Of a DNA stretch of 64,000 nucleotides, positions 8,600 to 18,475 are shown piece after piece. The notes under the pieces were generated by a model. It did not search any database, had not been told where the DNA came from, and saw only the letters and a program-made list of their open reading frames with translations. The position numbers were made by a program, and so were the translations under genes. This DNA is from Nitrosarchaeum sp. (GTDB taxonomy: Archaea; Thermoproteota; Nitrososphaeria; Nitrososphaerales; Nitrosopumilaceae). Every line of letters starts with the position of its first letter. The first letter of the stretch is position 1. The stretch spans positions 384,001 through 448,000 of the forward strand of contig OZ245020.1 of NCBI GenBank assembly GCA_965223865.1, in the 5' to 3' direction.

Positions 8600-10303
8600 A
8601 TGGGTATGCAAGCAACTTCTAAAGGAAATATGCCTGTGGTTTTGCTAAAAGAAGGCGGAACTGAAACTAAAGGAAAAGAAGCTCAAAAAAACAATATCTC
8701 TGCTGCTAAAATTATTGCTGAAATTGTACATACTAGCTTAGGTCCACGAGGTATGGATAAAATGTTAGTTGACTCATTAGGAGATGTTACTATTACAAAT
8801 GATGGTGCAACCATTCTAAAAGAAATTGATGTTCAACATCCGGCAGCAAAAATGCTCGTAGAAATTTCAAAGACTACTGATAATGAAGTAGGTGATGGAA
8901 CAACTTCTGCAGTTGTATTGGCTGGCGCTCTTCTTGAAAATGCAGAATCACTTTTAGAACAAGATGTCCATCCAACCATAATTGTTGATGGTTATAGAAA
9001 GGCAGGAAAAAAAGCAAAACAATTCCTTGAAAGTATTGCTGATACTATTAACGCAAATGACAAGTCAATTTTAAATAAAATAGCAAAAACCTCGATGCAA
9101 ACAAAATTGGTTAGAAAAGACTCTGATCTCTTAGCTGATATTATTGTAAAATCGGTTCTTGCAGTAGCCGAAAAAGAGGGCGAAAAATATGATGTTGATA
9201 TTGATGATATTAAGGTAGAAAAGAAAGCAGGAGGCTCAATTAAAGACTCTGCAATTATTCAGGGAATAGTTCTTGACAAAGAGATCGTTCATGGCGGAAT
9301 GCCAAGAAAAGTTTCTGATGCAAAGATAGCTCTGATCAACACGGCACTTGAAATTAGCAAAACTGAAACTGATGCTAAAATCAACATTTCAAATCCTCAA
9401 CAACTGAAGACATTCCTTGATGAAGAAAATAGAATGCTCAAGAATATGGTAGACAAAGTAATTGGTTCTGGAGCTAATGTAGTATTGTGTCAAAAAGGAA
9501 TTGATGATATGGCTCAACATTATCTTGCAAAGTCAGGAATTATTGCAGTTAGAAGAATTAAGGAAAGTGATCTTACAAAACTAGCAAAAGCGACAGGTGC
9601 TAGAATTGTAACAAACCTTGATGATCTATTTGAGAAAGATCTTGGAAGTGCAGAATTGGTAGAAGAAAGAAAAATTGAAGAAGACAAATGGGTATTCATT
9701 GAGGGTTGCAGACATCCAAAATCTGTTACACTACTTCTTCGTGGTGGATCTCAAAGAGTTGTTGATGAGGTTGAACGTTCTGTTCATGACGCAATAATGG
9801 TAGTAAAAGATGTTATCGTTAATCCAACAATTGTTGCTGGTGGTGGTGCACCTGAAACCTTTGCTGCAACCAAATTAAGAAACTGGTCAAAATCACTTGA
9901 AGGAAGAGAGCAACTTGCTGCTGAGAAATTTGCCGATGCTCTTGAATCAATTCCATTAACTCTAGCGGAAAATGCCGGAATGGATCCAATTGATACCCTT
10001 ACCTCTTTACGTTCAAAACAACTCAAGGGAGAAAAATGGACCGGAATTGATGTAATGAAAGGAAAAATTGCAAACATGAAATCAAGTGATATTATAGAAC
10101 CTCTTGCAGTAAAGCTTCAAGTTGTATCTGCATCAGCTGAAGCTGCATGTATGATTCTTAGAATTGATGATGTAATTGCCACACAAAAATCTGCAGGTCC
10201 ACCACCAGGTGCTGAAGGTGGCATGCCAGGAATGGGTGGCATGCCAGGAATGGGTGGCATGCCAGGAATGGGTGGCATGCCTGACATGGGTGGAATGATG
10301 TAA
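8600..10303 (+). CDS. Thermosome (group II chaperonin) subunit
   Basis: [27 protein letters not shown]-rich tail. Confidence 0.97.
   Translation: MGMQATSKGNMPVVLLKEGGTETKGKEAQKNNISAAKIIAEIVHTSLGPRGMDKMLVDSLGDVTITNDGATILKEIDVQHPAAKMLVEISKTTDNEVGDGTTSAVVLAGALLENAESLLEQDVHPTIIVDGYRKAGKKAKQFLESIADTINANDKSILNKIAKTSMQTKLVRKDSDLLADIIVKSVLAVAEKEGEKYDVDIDDIKVEKKAGGSIKDSAIIQGIVLDKEIVHGGMPRKVSDAKIALINTALEISKTETDAKINISNPQQLKTFLDEENRMLKNMVDKVIGSGANVVLCQKGIDDMAQHYLAKSGIIAVRRIKESDLTKLAKATGARIVTNLDDLFEKDLGSAELVEERKIEEDKWVFIEGCRHPKSVTLLLRGGSQRVVDEVERSVHDAIMVVKDVIVNPTIVAGGGAPETFAATKLRNWSKSLEGREQLAAEKFADALESIPLTLAENAGMDPIDTLTSLRSKQLKGEKWTGIDVMKGKIANMKSSDIIEPLAVKLQVVSASAEAACMILRIDDVIATQKSAGPPPGAEGGMPGMGGMPGMGGMPGMGGMPDMGGMM
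10217..10288 (+). repeat. 18-bp coding tandem repeat (GGMPGM tail)
   Basis: GGTGGCATGCCAGGAATG x3 exact plus one degenerate copy. Confidence 0.9.
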
Positions 10304-10360
10304 TTCGTCTCAACAACGAATACTCTAAAATTTATTAAATTTCCAACTCCACAATTTACA

Positions 10361-10639
10361 TTGAATAAACAGTCATCTAGAATACTTGCTGGATTCAAGT
10401 ATGTTTATCTAATTGTGTTTTTTGCGTTATTAGCAGGATTTTTTTATCCAATAATTACTGACACAGGTTTTGGTATTGTAATAATTGGAGTACTTGTTTT
10501 GTTTGTTGGTTTAGCGGGCGCTGTCTTAGTCTACAAATCAACTAGCTCTGAGAACCGAAAAGGAATATTTCTTAGTGGAGGATTTGTATTAATTGCTATA
10601 TCACTATTCTATATTTTTCAGCTAACTGGAAGAGTTTAG
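10361..10639 (+). CDS. Small membrane protein (about 3 TM)
   Basis: 92-aa hydrophobic ORF. Confidence 0.7.
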   Translation: MNKQSSRILAGFKYVYLIVFFALLAGFFYPIITDTGFGIVIIGVLVLFVGLAGAVLVYKSTSSENRKGIFLSGGFVLIAISLFYIFQLTGRV

Positions 10640-12096
10640 ACATCAAAATATAGATAAAATTCATGAGGATGAGGCCTAATTGATATCTCACGTTGGTCTC
10701 TTCTCTCTAATTCTATAATTTTATCAATTACGTCATTTGTATAAATTGGATTAAGGAATTTTCTATCACTTTCTAACTCATCTAAAGCTTCACCTAGACT
10801 CTTTGGTAATACACCAATTCCTCTCTTTGCTCGATCAGATCTTGTCATCTTGAAAATATCATCTAATATTTGATCTCCAGGATCCATCTTCTTCTTGATT
10901 CCATCAAGACCTGCTGCTGTAACTGCTGCAAATACCAAATATGGATTAGATGAAGGATCAGGAGCTCTAAACTCTAATCTCTTAAGATATGAATAATTTT
11001 TTCCTTTGAGATGTTTTGGTACCCTAACTATTGCTGATCTGTTTCCTGAACTCCATGCAATATAGGCAGGTGCTTCATATCCTGGAACAAGTCTGTGATA
11101 GGAGTTTGTTGTAGGATTACAAATAGCAGACAAGGCTTTTGCGTGATTAATTATTCCTCCACAAAAGTATCTTGCAGTTTGACTCAACTCATCACCATCA
11201 TCAGGATCATAGAAGGCATTCTCTTTTCCTTTCCATAAACTAACATTAACGTGCATACCAGAACCTGAATCCATTGCAATTGGTTTTGGCATCATAGTTG
11301 CAACCTTTCCATATTTTTCAGCAACATTTCTAATTACATATTTGTAAGACTGCGCAGCATCTGCAGCATTTGTCATGTAATCATATTTGATATCAATCTC
11401 ACACTGACCAGCAGTTGCTACCTCATGGTGATGATTATCACATAATACTCCGAAATTAGTATTCAAAATATTGACACATTCATTTCTAAATGGTGTTAAG
11501 GTATCTGATGGTGTACTTGGATAATACCCTTCTTGAAGACCCATTGGATAACCTGAGCCCTCTTGACTCCATGGTGCTTCTTTTGATTCAATTGAATATG
11601 ATTGACCTTTGTATGGAGTCAATACATCCCAGTGAATCTTGTCAAAAACAAAAAATTCTACTTCAGGACCCCAAGCACTATAATCAAATCCCTGAGTCTT
11701 GATGTATTCTTCGGCTTTTTGTGAAATTCCTCTGGGATCCCTTGATAATCTTCCTCGGCCTTCTCCCCAATAAACATCACAAAGTAATCTTGCAGTTTTG
11801 TTCTCAGTCATCCATGGAATAATAGCAAAGGTATTTGGATCTGGCTTTAAAAGAAGATCTGAATCTGCAATGCTAGTAAACCCAATAATAGACGAACCAT
11901 CTAGCTTTGGAAGTCCATCTCTCATTTGTTCAGGAGTAAAAGTATTAGCTGATATTGTGGTGTGATGAAAACGACCGGTAAGTCCTGTAAATTGTAAATC
12001 TATAAACTGAATACCCTCATGCTGAATTCTAGAAAATACTTCATCAGGGGAATAGGTTACTTGGATAGCTTTACCATGACTAACTTTATAGGGCAA
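10636..12096 (-). CDS. glnA: Glutamine synthetase type I (housekeeping-like copy)
   Basis: LDGSSI, GPEVEFF, HHHEVATAGQCEI, MPKP..SGSGMH, RLVPGYEAP, NRSA, RLEFRAPD; TTG at 12096 preferred over 12129. Confidence 0.95.
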   Translation of the reverse strand: MPYKVSHGKAIQVTYSPDEVFSRIQHEGIQFIDLQFTGLTGRFHHTTISANTFTPEQMRDGLPKLDGSSIIGFTSIADSDLLLKPDPNTFAIIPWMTENKTARLLCDVYWGEGRGRLSRDPRGISQKAEEYIKTQGFDYSAWGPEVEFFVFDKIHWDVLTPYKGQSYSIESKEAPWSQEGSGYPMGLQEGYYPSTPSDTLTPFRNECVNILNTNFGVLCDNHHHEVATAGQCEIDIKYDYMTNAADAAQSYKYVIRNVAEKYGKVATMMPKPIAMDSGSGMHVNVSLWKGKENAFYDPDDGDELSQTARYFCGGIINHAKALSAICNPTTNSYHRLVPGYEAPAYIAWSSGNRSAIVRVPKHLKGKNYSYLKRLEFRAPDPSSNPYLVFAAVTAAGLDGIKKKMDPGDQILDDIFKMTRSDRAKRGIGVLPKSLGEALDELESDRKFLNPIYTNDVIDKIIELERRDQREISIRPHPHEFYLYFDV

Positions 12097-12147
12097 TTTT
12101 GTACAATCAAACAGAAATACACCCACCATTTAAGGATTAGGTAAGAA

Positions 12148-12705
12148 ATGTCAGAATCAAAACAATTTGATATAAGCGAACTACATCATATTGTTCTCCT
12201 AGAAACAGAGAATGATTCAATTCAAGAGATTGATCCAAACTTTTATCGTCAACTATCAGATTTTATTGGAAATCTAAAAAAACAAGAATTTGATGGTGTA
12301 GAAAGCAAAATCAAAGAAAGGCTAATCCAAATGGCAGCAGAACTTACATCACTTTTAATAAATGTCAGATTAGATAAAATTTCAAAATTAGATAAAATTG
12401 AATTTGAAAATTTATTAGATGAAGAAAAATTTATCCTTGATTCTGAAGAAGAACAACGTGAAAGAACAGAAATGATTCTTTCTGCTACCATTAACGGAAA
12501 ATCAAAATTTCTTGAATCTCTCTCACAAAGCCATAAAACCAAAACAGTTGTCATAAGATTTCTTCAGGAAGTAGATGAAATTGTAGGAGCTGATCTTGAA
12601 AAATATGGGCCATTTAAGACTGAAGATATTGCTACAATCCCATATGAAAACGCTCAGGCATTAATTTCTAAAAATATTGCAACTAAAGTTAGGTGGGAAG
12701 ATTAG
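12148..12705 (+). CDS. GINS complex subunit (Gins51-type A-B order)
   Basis: Helical N-domain (IDPNFY...LLDEEK) and C-terminal IRFLQEVDEIVGADLEKYGPFKTEDIATIP. Confidence 0.82.
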   Translation: MSESKQFDISELHHIVLLETENDSIQEIDPNFYRQLSDFIGNLKKQEFDGVESKIKERLIQMAAELTSLLINVRLDKISKLDKIEFENLLDEEKFILDSEEEQRERTEMILSATINGKSKFLESLSQSHKTKTVVIRFLQEVDEIVGADLEKYGPFKTEDIATIPYENAQALISKNIATKVRWED

Positions 12706-12736
12706 ATAGAAATTATACCTAAAATAATTTCATTTA

Positions 12737-13021
12737 ATGACACACACTGGCGTTGATGTGATTGATTTTCTATTTTATACAATTTACCCAGTAATCGGCA
12801 TATTTGCAATTGAGGCAATAAGCAGGGCAATCAAGGCCCCCAAATGGCTAAAGCTCTGGATACAGGCTGTCGTTGCAATTGGATTTGGAATTTACTATTG
12901 GTTTGTGTTGCCAGAACCAAAAAATTTTCCCTTAACTGCTTTGGTATTATTTGCACTTGCAGTTGCCTTAATTTATCAAGGAAGAAGGGCAAAAATCTCT
13001 CCAGAGAAAAGCCCATACTAG
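12737..13021 (+). CDS. Small membrane protein
   Basis: 94 aa, three hydrophobic segments. Confidence 0.7.
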   Translation: MTHTGVDVIDFLFYTIYPVIGIFAIEAISRAIKAPKWLKLWIQAVVAIGFGIYYWFVLPEPKNFPLTALVLFALAVALIYQGRRAKISPEKSPY

Positions 13022-13024
13022 TTT

Positions 13025-13249
13025 CTACTTGAATCTTCCAAACATTCTTTTGAATACATTTGGCTTGTTTGGTCCGCCATCTCTAATTACTTTTCTTTCT
13101 CCAAATCTTTTGGCCCTAATTTGAGATAATTTTACACATCTATGTTCTTCTGGAAGTCTGTGTTCTGAACAAAAAGGATCCTTGCAATAATTGCACTGAA
13201 ACGGCATATCAGTCATATCTCCGCAGTATGCACATTTTTCAGGCTTCAT
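13025..13249 (-). CDS. AN1-type zinc finger protein
   Basis: CAYC...PFQCNYC...FCSEHRLPEEHRC. Confidence 0.88.
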   Translation of the reverse strand: MKPEKCAYCGDMTDMPFQCNYCKDPFCSEHRLPEEHRCVKLSQIRAKRFGERKVIRDGGPNKPNVFKRMFGRFK

Positions 13250-13368
13250 AGCTCTACTAGTATTTTTTCTTCTATTAAACTTGCTACAAATTTACATAGA
13301 TCTGTTTGTAAAGAATTCAAGTAAACATTTTTACCATGAAGAAATAAAAACGAAACAAGTGAAACTCA

Positions 13369-14109
13369 ATGATTAAAGATAAGGTAGCAATAGTAACTGG
13401 TGCGAGTAGCGGAATTGGTTTTGCAACCGCATTAGCCCTATCAAAAGCAGGCGCTAAAGTTGCAATTGGCGCAAGAAGGACCGATAAACTTGCAGAGTTG
13501 GAAAATAAAATTAAAGAAAACGGAGGTGAAGTACTCTCTCAAAAACTTGATGTTACAAAAAAAGAAGAATGTAAGTCATTTGTAGAATCTGTTTTATCAA
13601 AATGGGGCTCTGTAGATATTCTAGTAAATAATGCTGGATTAATGCCTCTAAGTTTTGTAAAAAATTTGAAGATTGACGAATGGGATCAAATGGTCGACGT
13701 CAATATCAAGGGAGTTTTGTATTGTACTGGCGCAGTAGTTTCACATATGCTTGAAAAAAAGTCAGGTCATATTGTAAATATATCATCAGTTGCAGGAAGA
13801 ATCGTTTTTCCAGCAGGTAGTGTCTATTGTGCCACAAAACATGCCATTACTGCATTTAGTGAGGGATTACGAGAAGAACTCAGCGTTAGAAAAAACATTC
13901 GTGTTACATGCATTGAGCCAGGTGTGGTTGCAACCGAATTGACAAATACCATTACTGATGAGTCTTTGCAGGCATTTGTTGAAAATGCAAAGAAAATGGA
14001 ATCTCTACAGGCAGACGATATAGCAAATGCCATTCTTTATGCTGTAGAATCACCAAGCCATGTCAATGTTAATGAAATTTTGATTAGACCTACTACTCAA
14101 GAACGATAA
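13369..14109 (+). CDS. Short-chain dehydrogenase/reductase
   Basis: TGASSGIG, NNAG, YCATK. Confidence 0.93.
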   Translation: MIKDKVAIVTGASSGIGFATALALSKAGAKVAIGARRTDKLAELENKIKENGGEVLSQKLDVTKKEECKSFVESVLSKWGSVDILVNNAGLMPLSFVKNLKIDEWDQMVDVNIKGVLYCTGAVVSHMLEKKSGHIVNISSVAGRIVFPAGSVYCATKHAITAFSEGLREELSVRKNIRVTCIEPGVVATELTNTITDESLQAFVENAKKMESLQADDIANAILYAVESPSHVNVNEILIRPTTQER

Positions 14110-14110
14110 A

Positions 14111-15262
14111 TTGACTGAAAATATTCCACACGTGTTAGTACTTGGTGGAGGGTTTGGAGGACTGTCTGCAGCAAATGAAATTCGAAATTCTCTTTCATCA
14201 TCACAAGTTAGAATTACAATAATTGATAAAAAAGACTGGTTTATGGTTGGTTTTGCAAAACTTTGGATTATGAACGGATCACGAACCTTTGAAGAATCTA
14301 TTGGTTCTTTAAAAGAACTTGAAAAAAAAGAAATCAATTTTCTCAATGAAGAAATTTTGCAAATCGACTTGCCAAATAAAAATGTGAAAACAACTACAAA
14401 GAATCTGTCATTTGATTTTCTAATAATAGCAATGGGAGCAGTTTTAGCTCCTGAAAAAATTCCAGGATTGATAGAAAATGGAATGAATCTATATGATCAT
14501 AATCAGCTCTTAGAAATTAATGATAAACTTAACAAAATAAAATCTGGCAAAATTGCAATTGCAATTATGGGCATGCCATACAAATGCCCACCTGCACCAT
14601 TTGAGGCAGCTTTACTTATTGATTCTATGTTAAGAAATTTTGGAAATCGTAAATCAGTTCAAATCCATTTTTACAGTCCTGCTCCAATAACATTACCTGC
14701 AGCAGGCTCCAACGTAAGTCAGCAAATCCTTGAATTGATAAATTCTGAAAATATTATTTTTCATAACTCTTGCAAAACTCTGTCAGTTGAAAAAAATAAA
14801 CTGCTTTTTGAGAATGCTCAAGCTGAATTTGATTTACTTTTGGCTATTCCACCACACATTGCTCCTAAGGTAATTTATGAATCAGGTTTGGCAAAACAAG
14901 GGGGTTTTATCCAAATCGCTAGGGATTGTAAAACTCCCCATGATAATGTCTATGCAGTTGGAGATGTTACTAGCTTACCAGTTGGAGAAAAAATGGCAGT
15001 TCCAAAGGCAGGTGTTTTTGCAGAAGGCGAAGGACTAGTAGTTGCAAAAAATATTGTATCTAAAATTCAATCTAAAGATGACTCTGAATTGTACGATGGT
15101 AAGGGGGGATGCTTTATTGAATCTGGAAGAGACACTGCATCTTTAATTGAAGTAGATATGTTTTCAGAATCAAAACCCACCACAAACCTAACAGAGTCAA
15201 CAAAAGAACATCTAATAGAAAAGATACAATTTGAAAAAGAGAGAATTACAAAATGGCTTTAA
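14111..15262 (+). CDS. FAD-dependent oxidoreductase, sulfide:quinone reductase-like
   Basis: LGGGFGG, YKCPPAPFE, YAVGD, PKAGVFA, GGCFIESG. Confidence 0.82.
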   Translation: MTENIPHVLVLGGGFGGLSAANEIRNSLSSSQVRITIIDKKDWFMVGFAKLWIMNGSRTFEESIGSLKELEKKEINFLNEEILQIDLPNKNVKTTTKNLSFDFLIIAMGAVLAPEKIPGLIENGMNLYDHNQLLEINDKLNKIKSGKIAIAIMGMPYKCPPAPFEAALLIDSMLRNFGNRKSVQIHFYSPAPITLPAAGSNVSQQILELINSENIIFHNSCKTLSVEKNKLLFENAQAEFDLLLAIPPHIAPKVIYESGLAKQGGFIQIARDCKTPHDNVYAVGDVTSLPVGEKMAVPKAGVFAEGEGLVVAKNIVSKIQSKDDSELYDGKGGCFIESGRDTASLIEVDMFSESKPTTNLTESTKEHLIEKIQFEKERITKWL

Positions 15263-15465
15263 TCTTTATCTTTTTCTTTAGACAAATGTTCTAGAATAGC
15301 TCTTACTTCAACACCTAAATCTTCTGGATTTTTTGCTAAACCAATCTTCTCTGGAATTTTATTTTTGAGATCCTCATCTTCAAGCTCTACTCTTCTTTTT
15401 TGAATACAATCAAGATGATCTTGCCCAGTAGCTGAAATCCTATGACAAATACTACAAATCTTCAA
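15259..15465 (-). CDS. Hypothetical protein (CxxC...HxxC)
   Basis: 68-aa ORF with possible Zn site. Confidence 0.6.
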   Translation of the reverse strand: MKICSICHRISATGQDHLDCIQKRRVELEDEDLKNKIPEKIGLAKNPEDLGVEVRAILEHLSKEKDKD

Positions 15466-15521
15466 TAATTACTAGTAACAATCCGACGATTTAATAATTT
15501 CATTTTGTGCCTGTCCATCAT

Positions 15522-15595
15522 GGGATCGTCGTCTAGCTTGGTATGATACTAGTCTGGGGGGCTAGTGGTCGCAGGTTCAAATCCTGCCGATCCCA
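15522..15595 (+). tRNA. tRNA-Pro(GGG)
   Basis: Acceptor GGGATCG/CGATCCC, anticodon arm CTAGT-CTGGGGG-GCTAG, T arm GCAGG-TTCAAAT-CCTGC; no intron, CCA not encoded. Confidence 0.95.
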
Positions 15596-15730
15596 TTTTA
15601 GTACTCTGAATAATGTTACACTTCAATCATTAAAGCCCCAATCAAAACTCATTTTTACTGATTACACAAATAAAATCAATAATTGTTAAGTTCATTAAAG
15701 AAATTAGTGGTTTGAATTTTTAATTATGGT

Positions 15731-15931
15731 TTATGACGATTGTTCTTGGGATTTTCTTTCCTTACTAGGACAGGATTTTCCTTCTTTATTCTCTCCATCC
15801 TTGTAACTACCTTCACCATGAGGCATTACATCAGAAGAGGTCTGGGCAACTGCCACATCTACGGGTGATGCAATAGCAAACACTGCTGCCAAAGCAATTA
15901 CCATAGCAAAGGCCATTGTAGTTTTGTTCAT
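15731..15931 (-). CDS. Small secreted protein
   Basis: Signal-peptide-like N-terminus, 66 aa. Confidence 0.6.
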   Translation of the reverse strand: MNKTTMAFAMVIALAAVFAIASPVDVAVAQTSSDVMPHGEGSYKDGENKEGKSCPSKERKSQEQSS

Positions 15932-16023
15932 CGTTATAATAGTAGATTGTCTTAAAATTTAAGGATTGTTCATAATTAATTAAAATGTATTTTATTGTGT
16001 GAGATTTCACTTCATATTGGTAA

Positions 16024-16440
16024 ATGGCAGAAACTGTAATTCGACAAACAATACTTCACGATGTTGCACATTTTGGAGTGCGCATAACTATAGGGATGAT
16101 ATTCATCATGCATTCTCTTGGTAAGTTTGAACCAGGGTTTGCAGAAAATCTCCCAAACATGGGATTGCCACCTGAAATGCAGTTTCCAATTGCATTGGCA
16201 GAATTTGTACCTGGAATACTACTGATCATAGGTGGATTGACTAGAATTTCAGCATCGTTGTTGTCAATTGTAATGCTGGGTGCAATCTTTCTAGTAAAAG
16301 GAGCTCAAAATTTTACTGGACGGGGTGGAACTGAACTTGACATACTTCTTTTAGCTGGATGTCTAGTCATAATAGTGATAGGTCCTGGAAGAATATCTGT
16401 CTCACATATACTCAGGAAGGTTCCAAGATTTTTGCAGTAA
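16024..16440 (+). CDS. DoxX family membrane protein
   Basis: RITIGMIFIMHSLGK, AEFVPGILLIIGGLTR, GPGRISV. Confidence 0.88.
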   Translation: MAETVIRQTILHDVAHFGVRITIGMIFIMHSLGKFEPGFAENLPNMGLPPEMQFPIALAEFVPGILLIIGGLTRISASLLSIVMLGAIFLVKGAQNFTGRGGTELDILLLAGCLVIIVIGPGRISVSHILRKVPRFLQ

Positions 16441-16580
16441 ATTCTCTTTTTTATTCTATAAACAATAAATCAAATACGAGATTGATTTTTCATTCCAAAA
16501 AAGTTTCAAATTTTTATCCATATAGTCAAAAAATCAAAGTCTGTAATTAAAATTCTAAAAGTATCAATTTTTAGAGTTAA

Positions 16581-16706
16581 TTGAACAATAGAGAAAAGGA
16601 ACTGCAAAAAGACATTGAAGATGCATTAACTCATGAAGAGTACATAAGCAAGGACCAAAATGAAGATCCCATAACTTTCGTAAATGAAACAAAAAATGAG
16701 AAATAG
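16581..16706 (+). other. Possible 41-aa small ORF or gene fragment
   Basis: TTG-start MNNREKELQKDIEDALTHEEYISKDQNEDPITFVNETKNEK*; no family recognised. Confidence 0.3.
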
Positions 16707-16778
16707 ATCATAAAATTTGACTACATACTGATATCATAACCATAACATAGGTACCAAGATAATCACTAAAACTCTCTT

Positions 16779-16795
16779 AATCCTGCCAGTCCCAT
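16779..16795 (+). repeat. Degenerate direct repeat of tRNA-Pro 3' end (att-like)
   Basis: AATCCTGCCAGTCCCAT vs AATCCTGCCGATCCCAT at 15580-15596, 15/17 identical. Confidence 0.55.
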
Positions 16796-16858
16796 ACACT
16801 CTAGTTGCTGTAGATGAAAAATATTTTGAAATTATTTTAAAAAAAAGTGAGTAAAAAC

Positions 16859-17437
16859 TCACCGGGTTTCACTATGAGAGGGTTTAATGGAATGTTCTCT
16901 TTCTACTAATGCTGAGATGTAAAACAGCTCATATTCATCTCCATCTTCATTGGTTGCTGTACCTGTAACATAGTACAGATTTCCATTCTGCAAAGCAGAG
17001 ATTTTTTCTCCTTCCATCTTTACATCATAGGTTTTACCCTCTTTGTTTTCAACAGTTCCAGATGCCTCAAAATTTTCCTTATCAGCTCTTACTTCAATTT
17101 CCCAACTCTCTGGTATTACAGAGTAAAACTGACGATTATCGTGTTTTCCAATTACAAATACGCCTCGTTTTACAGAAAGTTCTGTATCTGAATTAGAACC
17201 ACTGGTTTGAGGTTCTGAAACAACTCCCATCCTAAAATGAGAGCGCCATCCTTGATCATCTTCACCTACAACAGCACCAGCACCAGCTAAAACGGTTCTT
17301 GGATGAACTGGTCTATCAACCACTTCAAGATCTGATTGTTGTGCAAATGCCGGGCTGTATATGACTGATAATGATAGCATTGCTGACATCACTATCAATC
17401 CTGCCAAGATTTTCTTGTTTAATTTTGTCATTGACAA
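16859..17437 (-). CDS. Secreted hypothetical protein
   Basis: Signal peptide ending SPAFA, beta-rich body. Confidence 0.72.
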   Translation of the reverse strand: MSMTKLNKKILAGLIVMSAMLSLSVIYSPAFAQQSDLEVVDRPVHPRTVLAGAGAVVGEDDQGWRSHFRMGVVSEPQTSGSNSDTELSVKRGVFVIGKHDNRQFYSVIPESWEIEVRADKENFEASGTVENKEGKTYDVKMEGEKISALQNGNLYYVTGTATNEDGDEYELFYISALVEREHSIKPSHSETR

Positions 17438-17473
17438 GAAAAGAGAATTTTGGATAAAAGGGATTGTTAAGCA

Positions 17474-17487
17474 TTGTTAGCTAACAA
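17474..17487. promoter_or_regulatory. Perfect 14-bp palindrome, candidate operator
   Basis: TTGTTAGCTAACAA between divergent genes; related TTGTTA half-sites at 17464 and 17511. Confidence 0.5.
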
Positions 17488-17561
17488 AGTTACTGGAGCT
17501 TTATTGGCAATTGTTAAAATCAACAAGAAAGAGTGTGAATTAGTTCAAGGAATGATAAAAA

Positions 17562-17855
17562 CTGGCACAGGGATATAGGGATCGTACTTACATTAGAAAA
17601 GACATTATTTTGATCTTATCTGAATACGGCGAGATTAACCAAACCAAACTTCTAAGCTATTGTGGATTAAACATTGCCAAACACAAGGAAATTCTTGATG
17701 ACATGGAGCAAAAAGGCCTAATCAAGAGAAATGAAGAGCCTTGGGGAAAGAAAACAATAATCAAATACAAAGTTAGCCCAAAGGGACACGAATTTTGTAA
17801 ATTGATTTTAGAGCCATATGAGGAGATGTTCCCAAGGCGGGAGGAAGGTGAGTAA
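17562..17855 (+). CDS. Winged-helix transcriptional regulator (archaeal HTH_45-like)
   Basis: NQTKLLSYCGLN...KGLI...YKVSPKG; frame open from 17559 and includes YRDRTYIxxDII, so CTG at 17562 is preferred to TTG at 17610. Confidence 0.8.
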   Translation: MAQGYRDRTYIRKDIILILSEYGEINQTKLLSYCGLNIAKHKEILDDMEQKGLIKRNEEPWGKKTIIKYKVSPKGHEFCKLILEPYEEMFPRREEGE

Positions 17856-17900
17856 CAATGTTATCTAAAGGTTTTAAGACAAAATTGGAGGTTTTACATT

Positions 17901-18359
17901 ATGAGTAGATCAAACAAAGATCATAACAGTATCTTTGAGATCATGGATGGTCTAATGTTTCAACTAAGTAAAACAAAAAAGATGTTCATGATTATGATAT
18001 TGACTACTTTAATCATTCCACCTATTGCGTTGTTAGTAATTACAAGTGCATATGATTCTCCATTCAATGACAGATTTGAAAAAAGACTTGATGACCGTTT
18101 AAATGAACAACTACGGCGTGGTCAAATAACCCTAGATCAAGCTAACAAAATAAAAGACCAAATCATAGACAGAAACAGAGACCAAGTATTACTTCAGCCG
18201 GCGCAACTAGTGATTTTTACAATATCTTTAGTTTGGCTAGGAATAGGAATTAAGCAGTGGCTATCTATTTCAAAATGGGACAAAAAATACCAAAGATTCA
18301 AGGAAAGACAACAACAAGTAGACAAAAAACTAGATGATTATTTTGAGGATGAAAAATAG
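17901..18359 (+). CDS. Two-TM membrane protein
   Basis: Two hydrophobic helices around a charged loop. Confidence 0.72.
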   Translation: MSRSNKDHNSIFEIMDGLMFQLSKTKKMFMIMILTTLIIPPIALLVITSAYDSPFNDRFEKRLDDRLNEQLRRGQITLDQANKIKDQIIDRNRDQVLLQPAQLVIFTISLVWLGIGIKQWLSISKWDKKYQRFKERQQQVDKKLDDYFEDEK

Positions 18360-18393
18360 CAGTCAATCTAAATGTACTAACTTGAATCAATTT

Positions 18394-18421
18394 TTCTAAT
18401 TCTTAATCTATAGAATTAGAA
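18394..18421. promoter_or_regulatory. 10-8-10 inverted repeat (operator or hairpin)
   Basis: TTCTAATTCT-N8-AGAATTAGAA about 55 bp upstream of the 18476 gene. Confidence 0.4.
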
Positions 18422-18475
18422 CAAGCCTCTAAAATGAGTCTCATCTTAAAATAATCTCAAATTAGAAACACTGAG

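Noticed and set aside
10217-10288. 18-bp tandem repeat as a novel element
   Set aside because: Ordinary GGM chaperonin tail
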